Below, in pieces: positions 21,816 to 31,843 of a stretch of DNA of 64,000 nucleotides. Source of the stretch: Gammaproteobacteria bacterium. Lineage in GTDB: Bacteria; Pseudomonadota; Gammaproteobacteria; Arenicellales; JAANXG01. The stretch spans positions 4,679-68,678 of the forward strand of contig JAHEIO010000007.1 in the NCBI GenBank assembly GCA_024639325.1, read 5' to 3'. Made by a program: the position numbers and the translations under genes. Position 1 is the stretch's first letter. Each line of letters starts with the position of its first letter. The notes beneath the pieces were generated by a model. The model searched no databases, was not told the DNA's origin, and worked only from the letters and a program-made list of their open reading frames with translations.

Positions 21816-22823
21816 ATGACCCGTTTCTTGCCTGTGCTCATCCTGGCCCTGTTTTGCTCGGTATCCGTCGCGACCCATGCCGCGGAGAAGACAGAGTTAG
21901 TGGTTTATACCTATGATGCTTTTGCCGCGGATTGGGGCCCTGGACCGAAAATCAAGCAGGCGTTCGAGACCGGGTGCGACTGCATCGTGGAATTTGTATC
22001 GATGGATTCCTCAATCGGCATACTCAGAAAAATTCAACTCGAAGGTGAAACGACCGATGCCGATGTGGTACTCGGCCTCGATACCAATCTGACCGCGATC
22101 GCCGCCAGGACGGGATTGTTCGCTCCAGTCGACGACAGGGTGGGCAACTTCAGTTTGCCGATCGAATGGAACGACCCGATATTCGTGCCATTCGATTTCG
22201 GATATTTTGCATTCGTTTTCAATCGGGACATAGTTAAAAATCCACCGACTTCGTTCGAAGCGCTGGCGGCTATGCCCGACGATTTCAAGATTATCATTCA
22301 GGATCCCCGGGCCAGCACACCCGGTCTTGGGCTGCTATTGTGGGTGCAAGCAGCCTACGGCGACAAAGCCGTCAATATTTGGCAGCGGCTGGCGCCGAAG
22401 ATACTCACCATCACCAAAGGCTGGTCGGAGGCTTATGGCCTGTTTCTGAAAGGTGAGGCTGAGATGGTTTTATCCTACACGACCTCACCCGCCTATCATC
22501 TGATAGCGGAAGGCGACGATAGTTTTGACTCTGCCGCGTTCGAAGAAGGCCACTACCTCCAAATCGAGGTGGCGGCTGTATTGAAATCATCCAGCAAGCA
22601 GGAACTCGCCAGAGAGTTCCTGGCGTTCACCTCGACCGATGCATTCCAAAGCATTATTCCAACCACGAACTGGATGTTTCCAGCCGTACAAACCGCAACG
22701 CCTCTGCCGGCGGGTTTCTCCACTCTTCGCTATCCGAAAAAATCCTTGCTGATTGACAGTGCCGAGGTCGAGCGAAACCACAAGCAGTGGACAACCGAAT
22801 GGCTACGCGCAATCAGCAGGTAA
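21816..22823 (+). CDS. thiB: thiamine ABC transporter periplasmic binding protein
   Basis: 335 aa, colinear with E. coli TbpA/ThiB (VYTYDAFAADWGPGPKIKQAFE, DVVLGLDTNL, FVPFDFGYFAFVF, DPRASTPGLGLLLW, GWSEAYGLFLKGEAEMVLSYTTSPAYH). Has a signal peptide. Confidence 0.92.
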   Translation: MTRFLPVLILALFCSVSVATHAAEKTELVVYTYDAFAADWGPGPKIKQAFETGCDCIVEFVSMDSSIGILRKIQLEGETTDADVVLGLDTNLTAIAARTGLFAPVDDRVGNFSLPIEWNDPIFVPFDFGYFAFVFNRDIVKNPPTSFEALAAMPDDFKIIIQDPRASTPGLGLLLWVQAAYGDKAVNIWQRLAPKILTITKGWSEAYGLFLKGEAEMVLSYTTSPAYHLIAEGDDSFDSAAFEEGHYLQIEVAAVLKSSSKQELAREFLAFTSTDAFQSIIPTTNWMFPAVQTATPLPAGFSTLRYPKKSLLIDSAEVERNHKQWTTEWLRAISR

Positions 22824-22883
22824 GTCGCACATAGCGGAAAGCAAGCGCAGAACCAACGGGCTTCGGGTTCAGACGGCGGAAGA

Positions 22884-25631
22884 TCAGGCTTTCAGCGAAC
22901 GGCGCGTCAACGCCTGTCGAAAAAGTGCCAGCGTGGACTGTTCGATGGAGGATGCGCTGACAAGCATAGCGTCGTCGAGGTTGAGCGCGGCCCGCGGCCC
23001 ATGGTCAGCGATGAGCCGGATCAGCGCAGAGGCATTCCGATAAGCGGCGTGGGAGTCGGCTACGCGCCTCAACGCGGTGGCCATCGCCGCCGGTGATACG
23101 GGCTGCAGGTCGATCCCCGTATCCCACAAGCTGTCCAGAATGCATGCCGCTGCAAGGGGAGCCGGTGCGAGGTGACGCACCGGCTCTAAGCTTCGAATGC
23201 CTGCGGCGACAGCTCGTCCGACGGCTTCGGCAGAGACGAACTGCCAACACCAATCACCCTCCGGGAACACCCCGGCGGCAATCAGCGCATCGACCGTACT
23301 CTGCAATCGGTCGCGTTTGGGATGTCCCAGCACATGGGGGATGCGAATTACACGAACCGGCAGCCCCTGGTCGCCGGCTTGCCACAGCAGCGATTCGGCG
23401 GCAAGCTTCGAGCGTGAATAGGCGTCCGCGCCTGATGCCGCCAGGGGGCCGGCCAGTCGTTCGATGTGCTCGGTGCCCGAGAGCTCCTCCGACCAGGTTT
23501 GACCGCCGCCCAGCGGGAACACCGAGCTCGACGACACGTAGTGCAGAGGGAGACAGCGCCTGCCTGCGAGCCGGATCAACTCCCGCGTACCTTTCACGTT
23601 GACCGGCTCCAGCGCGGCATAGGGGGCAAACGGATCCACTACGGCGGCGAGATGCACTATCGCGTCGATTTGCTCGCCGAGCTGGTGGAACTCCGCTTCG
23701 CCGAGTCCCAACCGGGGCTGCGCCAGATCGCCGATAACGTTTGTTACACCGTCGACTTCGACCCCACGCGTAAGCGCAATGATTTTCACCTTGCCAAGCA
23801 CGTCGAACTGCCGCCGCACGGCGTTGCCGAGATGACCGTTGGCGCCGGTGAGCAGGATGGTGTGCACCGGTGGTGCCGATCTGCGTGTAATCGCGTCTGG
23901 CTCGAGAGTCGGCAAACGCCATGTTGGCTGCGGCTGCGAATGCCCCCTCAAGAAGCGCGCAAGAAGTGCGGGGCGACTGTAGGTGTAGAAATCTGCCATT
24001 GAAATGCAGCGCCCGGTTTGACGTTGCAGCGCGCCCACCAGGGTGATCGCGGCAAGCGAGTCACCTCCACGCTCGACGAAGTCGTCATCGGGGCCGATCG
24101 TGCTGTCGCCAAGAACTTCACGAAACACAGTCAGTACACGCCGTTCGATGTCCGCGCTTTCGACGCCCGCACGGTTGATCGAACTGCTGCCTGCCTTACC
24201 GGAAGCGCCCAGCCCCAACGCCGCGACGAACTCGATGAGGTTGGGCACACAGTGCGACGGCAGTCGCGCCTTCAAGAACGCGCGCACTTCGCTTGAGGAC
24301 GATGCGGCGGTTGAATTCGCCTGCCGCACGACACGCGCGGTGAGCTTACCGTGCCTTTCCTCCACCGCGGCGTCGATCACATCCGGATGGCTGACGAGTG
24401 CCGCGGAGACTTCCTGGGGATCCACCCATTGACCTCGAATCTTCACGCCGGGGTCACACCGGCCAAGCACCTGCAGGTCGCCGCTGGCGTGCATGATACC
24501 GAGATCGCCCGTATCGTAAACGCGCACCGGCACCCGGCCATCCAGCGCAAGTTCAAAAAAACGGTTTTCCGGGACGCCCTCACAGAGATAACCGACGCCC
24601 AGTCCTGCGCCTCCGACCAGAATACGGCCGGGAAGCCCGTTCGCAACCAGACGGTCACGTCGGTCGACTTCGGTCACATAGATGTCCGCGAAGTCAGCAG
24701 GTCGAAGTCGCAGAGCCCCGCCGTCAGGGTCAAACACCGCGGCCGCCACATCATGGCACTCGGCGATGGAATAAAGGTTACCGATCGCAGTGTCCGGCAA
24801 CGCAGCCCGTGCCCGCGCTACCAGCTGTGGGTGCACGATCTCGCCGCACAACACGATCAAACGCAATCGTCTGAGCGCGCGCACCGCATCCGGCACGGAC
24901 AGGCAAGCGGCGAACAATGTAGGGGTCATCATCGTACGGCTGACATCATGACGAACCAACGCGACTGCGAGCGCCCGGGGATCCCGCATCACGGCGTCCG
25001 AAATCATCAGCACCGGAATGCCATGATGCAGCGCCGGTACCGCGTCCCAGATGCCAAAGATGTTGCAGCCCACCACGTCGTCGTCACGATATGCGAACGT
25101 TGTCGAACGCCAGGCGTGAGAGTACATCGATCCGAGCTGATCGGTGATCACCGCCTTCGGCATGCCGGTGGTGCTGCCTGATGTGAGCAGGATGTGCGAC
25201 GGCTGAGAAGGGGACACATCGGGTAACTCGACTTCGCGGTCAACGGGTCGATCGCTGAGGCGAATCGCCTGAACCGTGTCAACCGACGCCGTGTCGGTCA
25301 ATACCGCGTCGAGCGACAAAACGCGCAGCACGTTGGCCATCACGATCGGCGGTAGCGAGGCGAGCGGTGCGTACAGCATACCGGCGCGCAAACAGGCAAA
25401 GTAGGTGACGACGGTTTCGACGCTGCAGTCCAGCCGCACGCCGATGCGTGCACCCGTCTGGCACCTCTGCGCGAGCAACTGCGTACGACGGTCGATCGCG
25501 TCGAGCAATCGCTCGAAGGTCAGGTACTGCTCGCGATCGACGAGGGCGACCCTGCCGGGGTCACGGCGCGCAGCCGTTTCCAGTGCGGCCATCAAATCGA
25601 GGTTAAGCACCGATGCCGCGCGGGCGATCAA
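22884..25631 (-). CDS. NRPS-like adenylation - thiolation - thioester reductase (A-T-R) enzyme
   Basis: 915 aa. AMP-binding core LLTSGSTTGMPKAV, YDTGDLG, GRCDPGVKIRGQWVDPQEV. Carrier-domain serine motif GGDSLAAI. SDR-type reductase with LLTGANGHLG and YSRSK. Confidence 0.9.
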   Translation of the reverse strand: MIARAASVLNLDLMAALETAARRDPGRVALVDREQYLTFERLLDAIDRRTQLLAQRCQTGARIGVRLDCSVETVVTYFACLRAGMLYAPLASLPPIVMANVLRVLSLDAVLTDTASVDTVQAIRLSDRPVDREVELPDVSPSQPSHILLTSGSTTGMPKAVITDQLGSMYSHAWRSTTFAYRDDDVVGCNIFGIWDAVPALHHGIPVLMISDAVMRDPRALAVALVRHDVSRTMMTPTLFAACLSVPDAVRALRRLRLIVLCGEIVHPQLVARARAALPDTAIGNLYSIAECHDVAAAVFDPDGGALRLRPADFADIYVTEVDRRDRLVANGLPGRILVGGAGLGVGYLCEGVPENRFFELALDGRVPVRVYDTGDLGIMHASGDLQVLGRCDPGVKIRGQWVDPQEVSAALVSHPDVIDAAVEERHGKLTARVVRQANSTAASSSSEVRAFLKARLPSHCVPNLIEFVAALGLGASGKAGSSSINRAGVESADIERRVLTVFREVLGDSTIGPDDDFVERGGDSLAAITLVGALQRQTGRCISMADFYTYSRPALLARFLRGHSQPQPTWRLPTLEPDAITRRSAPPVHTILLTGANGHLGNAVRRQFDVLGKVKIIALTRGVEVDGVTNVIGDLAQPRLGLGEAEFHQLGEQIDAIVHLAAVVDPFAPYAALEPVNVKGTRELIRLAGRRCLPLHYVSSSSVFPLGGGQTWSEELSGTEHIERLAGPLAASGADAYSRSKLAAESLLWQAGDQGLPVRVIRIPHVLGHPKRDRLQSTVDALIAAGVFPEGDWCWQFVSAEAVGRAVAAGIRSLEPVRHLAPAPLAAACILDSLWDTGIDLQPVSPAAMATALRRVADSHAAYRNASALIRLIADHGPRAALNLDDAMLVSASSIEQSTLALFRQALTRRSLKA

Positions 25632-25654
25632 GCCGCGTACAGATTTCCCCGGCC

Positions 25655-26404
25655 TCAGATATGCCAGGCTATGGCCTGCTCCAGTTTGTCGGCGATGGTT
25701 ACGAGACGCTCGCCGGGCTCTCCGATAATAGCCATATTTCCCTGCCCTACCGGTATCAGCATGCCTTCGAATCGGCCCTGCTCGAAGCCCTCGCGGTCTT
25801 TGAGTTTACGGCCAATCACGTAATATATGCTGACCTCGCCCCGTTCCCCTTGTATGACCGCATGCGCGACGGGCCCATGGATGGATTCCAGCGCGCACAC
25901 CTGCACGTGGAGTATCTCCCCCAAGGCTTCGAGTTCGTCGCCCATGACCTTGCCGCCAAATGACGCGAGAATCTGCGTGAAACGCTGTGCCTGTCGAAAC
26001 CGGTCGTCGTGCTCCGCCACGAAGTGATTGCCCTGCCGCTCTATGCGGGTGTGATCCACCGCGGAAACGGTCAATTGCGAGACGTATTGATTGGTGGTAT
26101 GAATCTGGTATCCGAACAGAGCGCCCAGGGTCACGGTCAGCAGTACGCTCGCCGCCAACGCCAGTTGCATGGGACGGATGCGCTTTGTTACCTGCTCGTC
26201 CTGAATCAACTGGCGCAGCTTGATCCTCGTCACCAGATCGTCCGGAACGGGTATGCGCATTGCGTCCCGGAGTTTATTGTCCATAGCACCCATGCCGTCC
26301 GCGTATTTAGCGCAATCCTCACATTCATCACGGTGTTGAAGGAAGCCTTCTTCGCGATTACCCGGCTCAGACAGGCAGATTCTTCTAAATTCAAGACAAT
26401 TCAC
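25655..26404 (-). CDS. putative membrane anti-sigma factor
   Basis: 249 aa. The N-terminal Cys/His-containing segment (MNCLEFRRICL ... HRDECEDCAKY) resembles zinc-binding anti-sigma domains. One central TM (LALAASVLLTVTLGALFGY). 4-nt overlap with the upstream ECF sigma gene. Confidence 0.6.
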   Translation of the reverse strand: MNCLEFRRICLSEPGNREEGFLQHRDECEDCAKYADGMGAMDNKLRDAMRIPVPDDLVTRIKLRQLIQDEQVTKRIRPMQLALAASVLLTVTLGALFGYQIHTTNQYVSQLTVSAVDHTRIERQGNHFVAEHDDRFRQAQRFTQILASFGGKVMGDELEALGEILHVQVCALESIHGPVAHAVIQGERGEVSIYYVIGRKLKDREGFEQGRFEGMLIPVGQGNMAIIGEPGERLVTIADKLEQAIAWHI

Positions 26405-26964
26405 GCGCCCACCTCGGTTCGCCTCTCGGCGTCTCCAGTTAAAATTTCTCTCATCTGTTTTCTGGAACGAAACAACCTGGTCATTACCGCACTGCTGCTA
26501 ATCCCCAGCGCTTCGGCAATTTCTTCACAGCTGAATCCACCAAGCACCTGCATTATCAATGGTTCACGATAGTCCTCGGGAAGCCTTGCCAGCGCCTGGC
26601 GAAGCACGAACGCCTCCGTTGACGTGTCGAAGCCGGCGCCAGCCGATGGTAATTCAGCCACATCATCGATATCCCGAATGTCCAGCCGCTTGCGTTCGAA
26701 TTGCCGCGCATATTCACGCCTGAAGATCGTAAACAGCCAGGCTTTCGCGGAATCCGCCTCGCGCAGGGAGTCGATTCCCCTCCACGCTCGCAAAAACGTT
26801 TCCTGCACCAATTCCTCCGCCTGTACACGGTTTCGGCACATCCAGTAGGCATAGCGGTACAGGTCTCCGGAGAGACCCTCGACAAGGATCTCGAATTTCT
26901 CCTGACGCGGCTTTCGCATGTCAACCGAGACCGGTTCGGACGGGTTATTCTTTCTCGAAGTCAT
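26401..26964 (-). CDS. ECF-type RNA polymerase sigma-70 family factor
   Basis: 187 aa with region 2 (AEELVQETFLRAWR ... WLFTIFRREY) and region 4 HTH (SCEEIAEALGISSSAVMTRLFRSRKQM). Confidence 0.9.
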   Translation of the reverse strand: MTSRKNNPSEPVSVDMRKPRQEKFEILVEGLSGDLYRYAYWMCRNRVQAEELVQETFLRAWRGIDSLREADSAKAWLFTIFRREYARQFERKRLDIRDIDDVAELPSAGAGFDTSTEAFVLRQALARLPEDYREPLIMQVLGGFSCEEIAEALGISSSAVMTRLFRSRKQMREILTGDAERRTEVGA

Positions 26965-27056
26965 CGCAATGCGCGGTTACGGTCCTCTCTAAGTTACAAA
27001 GACAAAATAGTCCCGGATTAGGTTCCGTTACTATAACCTTCTGTTCTGAATGCCGT

Positions 27057-27827
27057 TTATGAGTTTTCCTTCAAAAAACGGGCAATGGCTTCACAGGTGA
27101 CTCCGGGTTTGTCAGCGTGCACCCAGTGGCCCGCCCCGTGGATCGTTTCAAAGCCGGCGCCTGGAAACTTCTGCAGAACGGCCTTGCGATGCGCCGCCGT
27201 AACGTAGTCGGACTGGCCGCCGGTCACAAACAGAACCGGACCATCGAATCTCCTGCCGGAATGATCGGGAAAATCCATTAGGTCGTCATGATATTCAGAC
27301 AGCACCGGAAGATTGAGTCGCCAGCGAAATCCGCCGTTTTCCCGCACAAGGTTCTGCAGCAGGAAAAGCCTGGTCGGGGTGTCCACGATACTGCTCGACA
27401 GTATGCGGTCGGCGTCGGCCCGGCTTCTCAGTGATCCAATATCCAGATCGATCATGGCATCGATAAAACGCGTGTGGCTGTGCGGGTACCGCACCGGTGC
27501 GACATCGACGACGACGAGTCGATCGACCAGCTCGGGGTAGGTCAACGCCAGATCCATCACCGCCTTGCCTCCCATACTGTGCCCTACCCAAACCATCGGG
27601 GGATCTTCGACATTGCCAAGGGTCTCCCGCAGCGACGTACTCATATCCGCGTAAGTCATGGTACCGCCGTGAGGGGATCGTCCATGGTTGGGAAGATCGA
27701 CGGTGATGACGTGGAAACGATCGGAAAGCAGCTTTGCAACACCCCGCCAGTTCGTGTTAGAACCGAACAGCCCGTGTACCAGTACAAGCGGGGCCCCGCT
27801 GCCAAATTCTTCGTAGTGCAATTCCAT
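27057..27827 (-). CDS. alpha/beta hydrolase (YbfF-like esterase)
   Basis: PLVLVHGLFGS, nucleophile elbow GHSMGG, C-terminal GAGHWVHADKP. Start placed at the internal ATG (MELHYEEF). The ORF extends to 27914. Confidence 0.8.
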   Translation of the reverse strand: MELHYEEFGSGAPLVLVHGLFGSNTNWRGVAKLLSDRFHVITVDLPNHGRSPHGGTMTYADMSTSLRETLGNVEDPPMVWVGHSMGGKAVMDLALTYPELVDRLVVVDVAPVRYPHSHTRFIDAMIDLDIGSLRSRADADRILSSSIVDTPTRLFLLQNLVRENGGFRWRLNLPVLSEYHDDLMDFPDHSGRRFDGPVLFVTGGQSDYVTAAHRKAVLQKFPGAGFETIHGAGHWVHADKPGVTCEAIARFLKENS

Positions 27828-28003
27828 ATAACTCAAATCACCATAGCTGGACAGGGTCGTTGATGACGGCGACGCGTTCGGGCGGCCAAATATTGCCGAC
27901 CCGTCGATTCGCATTTACCCCGAATGGTTAGTATAAAGGAGCGGGATTGGATTTGGGTGCATTGGCCCCATAAACCCATGGACTAACAAAAAGATCGGCC
28001 GCC

Positions 28004-29836
28004 TTGCTAATCAATAGAACGGAACTCCCCTCCGCTAATCGAAACGACTGGAAGACGCTCTCAGCGTTGCTGCCGTATCTGAAGCAGTTTCCGGTCAGAA
28101 TCGTGCTCGCGCTGGGTCTCCTCATACTTGCGAAACTTGCCAATGTAGGTGTGCCGATCGCACTCAAGGCCGTGGTCGACGGTCTCAACGTGAGCGGCGC
28201 CGCCGTCACACTAACCATACCCATCGCTTTGCTGGTGGGATACGGTCTGCTCAGGTTCTGCACGATCCTGTTCCAGGAACTCCGTAATGCGGTTTTTGCA
28301 AAGGCATCCCAGCAGACCACCCGTCAGATCGCTCTCAAGGTATTTGAGCATCTGCATCGGTTGTCTCTTCGCTTCCACCTGGACCGGCAGACCGGCGGTA
28401 TTTCCAGAGATATCGAACGCGGCAGCCGGAGCGTCGCTCAGCTGCTCAATTTCCTGGTATTCAGCATCGCTCCGACGGTGTTCGAAATTCTCGTGGTTTG
28501 CGCAATTCTATTTTATAGCTTCGGTATCTGGTTCGCGCTGGTTACGCTCGCCACCGTTACCGTCTATTTCATCTATACCTACAAGGTTACGGAGTGGCGT
28601 ATAAAGTTCCGCGTCGATATGAATAACGCGGATTCCCAAGCCAACAGCGCCGCCGTGGATTCGCTGATCAACTATGAAACCGTGAAGTACTTTGGAAACG
28701 AAGATTTCGAGTCGCGGCGATATGACGACAACATGCAAGCATGGGAAAATGCGTCGATCAAAAATCAGGTCTCGCTATCTTTTCTCAACTGCGGCCAGGG
28801 CGTGATCATCGGTGCCGGTGTTACCATTCTTATGGTAATGGCCGCCGGCGGTGTCGTTTCCGGGGATATGACCGTGGGGGACTTCGTAATGATCAATGCG
28901 TTTCTGATTCAGCTTTACATCCCCCTCAATTTTCTCGGGACCATCTTTAGAGAGGTCAAGCACAGCCTGACGGACATGGACAGGATGTTCGCGCTGCTGG
29001 ACGAAGAAACGGAAATCAGGGACAGGCCGAAGGCTTCCGAACTGCACACGATCAATCCCGAGATCCGGTTCGACAAGGTGTGTTTTGCCTACAATCCGGA
29101 TCGGCAGATCCTGCACGACGTGGATATCGTCATCCCGCCGGGAAATAAAATTGCCGTGGTGGGATCGAGCGGGTCGGGCAAATCGACTCTTGCACGACTT
29201 TTCTATCGGTTCTTCGACGTCACCTCCGGCAGTATCAGCGTGGATGGAATCGATATTCGGGACCTGACGCAGCAATCACTCAGGTCGGCGATCGGCGTAG
29301 TACCCCAGGATACGGTGCTTTTCAACGATTCCATCGAATACAACATACGGTATGGACGTCCGGACGCCACCTTCGAGGAGATCCGGCATGCAGCCAAGCT
29401 CGCTCATCTGGATCATTTCATAGAAACTTTACCCGACGGGTACGACACCCTGGTCGGGGAGCGCGGCCTGAAACTGTCCGGTGGCGAGAAGCAGCGGATG
29501 GCAATCGCAAGGACAGTGCTCAAAAATCCCCCCATCCTCATCCTTGACGAAGCCACCTCTCAGCTCGATTCGAAATCCGAGAAAGCCATACAGAAGGCAT
29601 TGAACGAGATCGCTGAAAACAGGACGTCACTCGTGATTGCACACCGGCTGTCGACCATCATCGATGCGGATCGTATTCTAGTGCTTGAAAAAGGCCGCGT
29701 AACCGAGAGCGGCACCCACCGTGAACTGCTCGAGGCCAACGCCCACTATGCCGAAATGTGGCGCTTGCAGCAGGAGCAGAGAATGAGCAACGACGGGAAG
29801 TTCATCCAGGAGCCCGAACCCGTGCACGGCCTCTAG
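28004..29836 (+). CDS. ABC transporter, fused permease/ATPase, ABCB/Atm1-like exporter
   Basis: 610 aa with six N-terminal TM helices, Walker A GSSGSGKST, signature LSGGEKQRMAIAR and Walker B ILILDEATS. TTG start. Confidence 0.9.
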   Translation: MLINRTELPSANRNDWKTLSALLPYLKQFPVRIVLALGLLILAKLANVGVPIALKAVVDGLNVSGAAVTLTIPIALLVGYGLLRFCTILFQELRNAVFAKASQQTTRQIALKVFEHLHRLSLRFHLDRQTGGISRDIERGSRSVAQLLNFLVFSIAPTVFEILVVCAILFYSFGIWFALVTLATVTVYFIYTYKVTEWRIKFRVDMNNADSQANSAAVDSLINYETVKYFGNEDFESRRYDDNMQAWENASIKNQVSLSFLNCGQGVIIGAGVTILMVMAAGGVVSGDMTVGDFVMINAFLIQLYIPLNFLGTIFREVKHSLTDMDRMFALLDEETEIRDRPKASELHTINPEIRFDKVCFAYNPDRQILHDVDIVIPPGNKIAVVGSSGSGKSTLARLFYRFFDVTSGSISVDGIDIRDLTQQSLRSAIGVVPQDTVLFNDSIEYNIRYGRPDATFEEIRHAAKLAHLDHFIETLPDGYDTLVGERGLKLSGGEKQRMAIARTVLKNPPILILDEATSQLDSKSEKAIQKALNEIAENRTSLVIAHRLSTIIDADRILVLEKGRVTESGTHRELLEANAHYAEMWRLQQEQRMSNDGKFIQEPEPVHGL

Positions 29837-29898
29837 CCCGCATTTCTCACCAGGATCCCGAGCGATTGCGCAGGACAGGTGCCGATGAACGCCGGGCT

Positions 29899-29924
29899 GA
29901 AAAAATCGCCAGGAGCGATTTTTC
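29899..29924 (+). terminator. hairpin with T-run downstream of the ABC exporter gene (terminator candidate)
   Basis: GAAAAAATCGC / CAGGA / GCGATTTTTC, 63 nt after the stop codon. The T-run is part of the stem, so it could act in either direction. Confidence 0.35.
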
Positions 29925-30181
29925 GCGGTAGCCCCGAAGGGGTGAGGCGCTTAGGATGCGTCGAGCCAGTGAGATGCATAGCAGGTGCTATGGATCGAAT
30001 GAAGCCCAAGTACATCGGGGTCTGGGCCAGCCAGCGCCGGGATAGGCGTTTCCAAGACACACTGTATTTTGGACAAATCCTTAGACCTCAATGTTTACCA
30101 TGCTTTACGAGATTCTATAGCCGCCGGTATTGATTCTCCTCAGCACACCATTTATCCTCGGTTCGATTTCATGGCGTTGAA

Positions 30182-31834
30182 ATGAAAGCATCTGATTTGT
30201 TCGTCAAGTGTCTGGAATCCGAAGGTATCCGTTACATCTTCGGGGTACCGGGGGAAGAGAATGCCGACTTCATGATGTCGCTGGAACAGTCGGACAAGGT
30301 GAGGTTCGTGTTGACGCGCCACGAGCAGGGTGCGGCTTTCATGGCGGAAACCTACGGCAGGCTCACCGGCAATCCCGCCGGCTGCCTCGGCACCCTGGGT
30401 CCGGGAGCGACAAATCTGATCACCGGCGTCGCCGACGGCAACATGGATCGGGCGCCCATGCTGGTGCTGACGGGACAGGGGGCCACCAGACGTTTGCACA
30501 AAGAATCACATCAGGTCATGGACGTCGTGGCAATGTTCGAGCCGGTCACGAAATGGGCGGAGACCATCCGGCACCCCGATACCATACCGGAGGTCGTGCG
30601 CAAGGCTGTGCGATTGGCCCGCACCGAAAAGCCCGGCGCGGTTCATATCGAACTGGCCGAGGATCTGGCCAAGCTGGATACCCAGGCCAGCCCGATTCCA
30701 CCACGCCGATTTCGACGGGCCGTACCGGACGACAAGATCGCGGATGCCGCATTCAGTATGCTGCGGAACGCCAGAACACCGGTGATCCTTGCAGGTAACG
30801 GATGTATACGCCGCAGGGCCAGCAAGCAGTTGCGCATGCTGTGCGAGAAAACCGGCATCGGGGTCATCAGCACGTTCATGGCCAAGGGTGCCGTGGACAT
30901 GGACAGCGATTACTGTCTATTCACTGTTGGTCTGGGCAGCAAGGACCGTATGAACCTTGTCCTGGACGAGGCCGATCTGGTCATCACCCTTGGCTTCGAC
31001 ATGGTGGAATATCATCCCAGACTGTGGAACCCGGGCAAGAACAAAACGATTATCCACGCGGATTTTCTGCCTGCCGAAATCGACGAACACTACCATCCCG
31101 AGATCGAAGTCGTCGGCGATCTTGCCCATTTTCTCTGGATGATAAACGAGCGGATCGGCGCAAACGGTCTGCCGTCATTCGAACTTCAAGGCCAGCGCGA
31201 CGCCCGTGTCGCCATGTACACCGACCTGGCGGAGTACAGCGGAGATGATCAAGATGGCGCCATTCGTCCCCAGAAAGCGCTTTGGGACGCACGCCAGGTG
31301 ATGGGCCCGGAGGACATACTGTTGTCGGATGTCGGCGCGCACAAGATGTGGATTGCACGACACTATCACTGCCACGCACCCAACACGTGCCTCATCCCCA
31401 ACGGTTTCTGCTCAATGGGCTTCGCGTTGCCGGGTGCGATTGCCGCATCCCTGATCCATCCGGACAGACGCATACTCGGCATTGCGGGTGATGCCGGATT
31501 CTTGATGAATGTCCAGGAGATGGAGACGGCAAAGCGGTTGAACTGCAATCTGGTAATGATGGTGTGGGAAGACAACGAGTACGGTCTGATCGCCTGGAAA
31601 CAATCGAACGAATTCGGGCGCCACACCGATCTCGGCTTCGGCAATCCCGAATGGATGGAACTGGCCAGCGCTTTTGGCTGGCACGGGCGCCGCTGTGACA
31701 ACAGCCAAGAGCTGCACCCCACGCTCGAGGCGGCGTTCGAGGAACAGGGGCCGAGCCTCATTGTGATCCCCATCGACTACAGGGAAAACGACCTGCTGAC
31801 GAAAAAACTGGGAGAGATCACCGCCACGATATAA
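30182..31834 (+). CDS. thiamine-diphosphate-dependent acetolactate synthase-like enzyme (no small subunit adjacent)
   Basis: 550 aa. N-terminal TPP-pyrimidine domain (GIRYIFGVPGEEN ... RHEQGAAFMAETYGR ... GPGATNL) and C-terminal TPP-binding motif (GDAGFLMNVQEMETAKR ... WEDNEYG). Confidence 0.85.
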   Translation: MKASDLFVKCLESEGIRYIFGVPGEENADFMMSLEQSDKVRFVLTRHEQGAAFMAETYGRLTGNPAGCLGTLGPGATNLITGVADGNMDRAPMLVLTGQGATRRLHKESHQVMDVVAMFEPVTKWAETIRHPDTIPEVVRKAVRLARTEKPGAVHIELAEDLAKLDTQASPIPPRRFRRAVPDDKIADAAFSMLRNARTPVILAGNGCIRRRASKQLRMLCEKTGIGVISTFMAKGAVDMDSDYCLFTVGLGSKDRMNLVLDEADLVITLGFDMVEYHPRLWNPGKNKTIIHADFLPAEIDEHYHPEIEVVGDLAHFLWMINERIGANGLPSFELQGQRDARVAMYTDLAEYSGDDQDGAIRPQKALWDARQVMGPEDILLSDVGAHKMWIARHYHCHAPNTCLIPNGFCSMGFALPGAIAASLIHPDRRILGIAGDAGFLMNVQEMETAKRLNCNLVMMVWEDNEYGLIAWKQSNEFGRHTDLGFGNPEWMELASAFGWHGRRCDNSQELHPTLEAAFEEQGPSLIVIPIDYRENDLLTKKLGEITATI

Positions 31835-31843
31835 GCATCCGTC

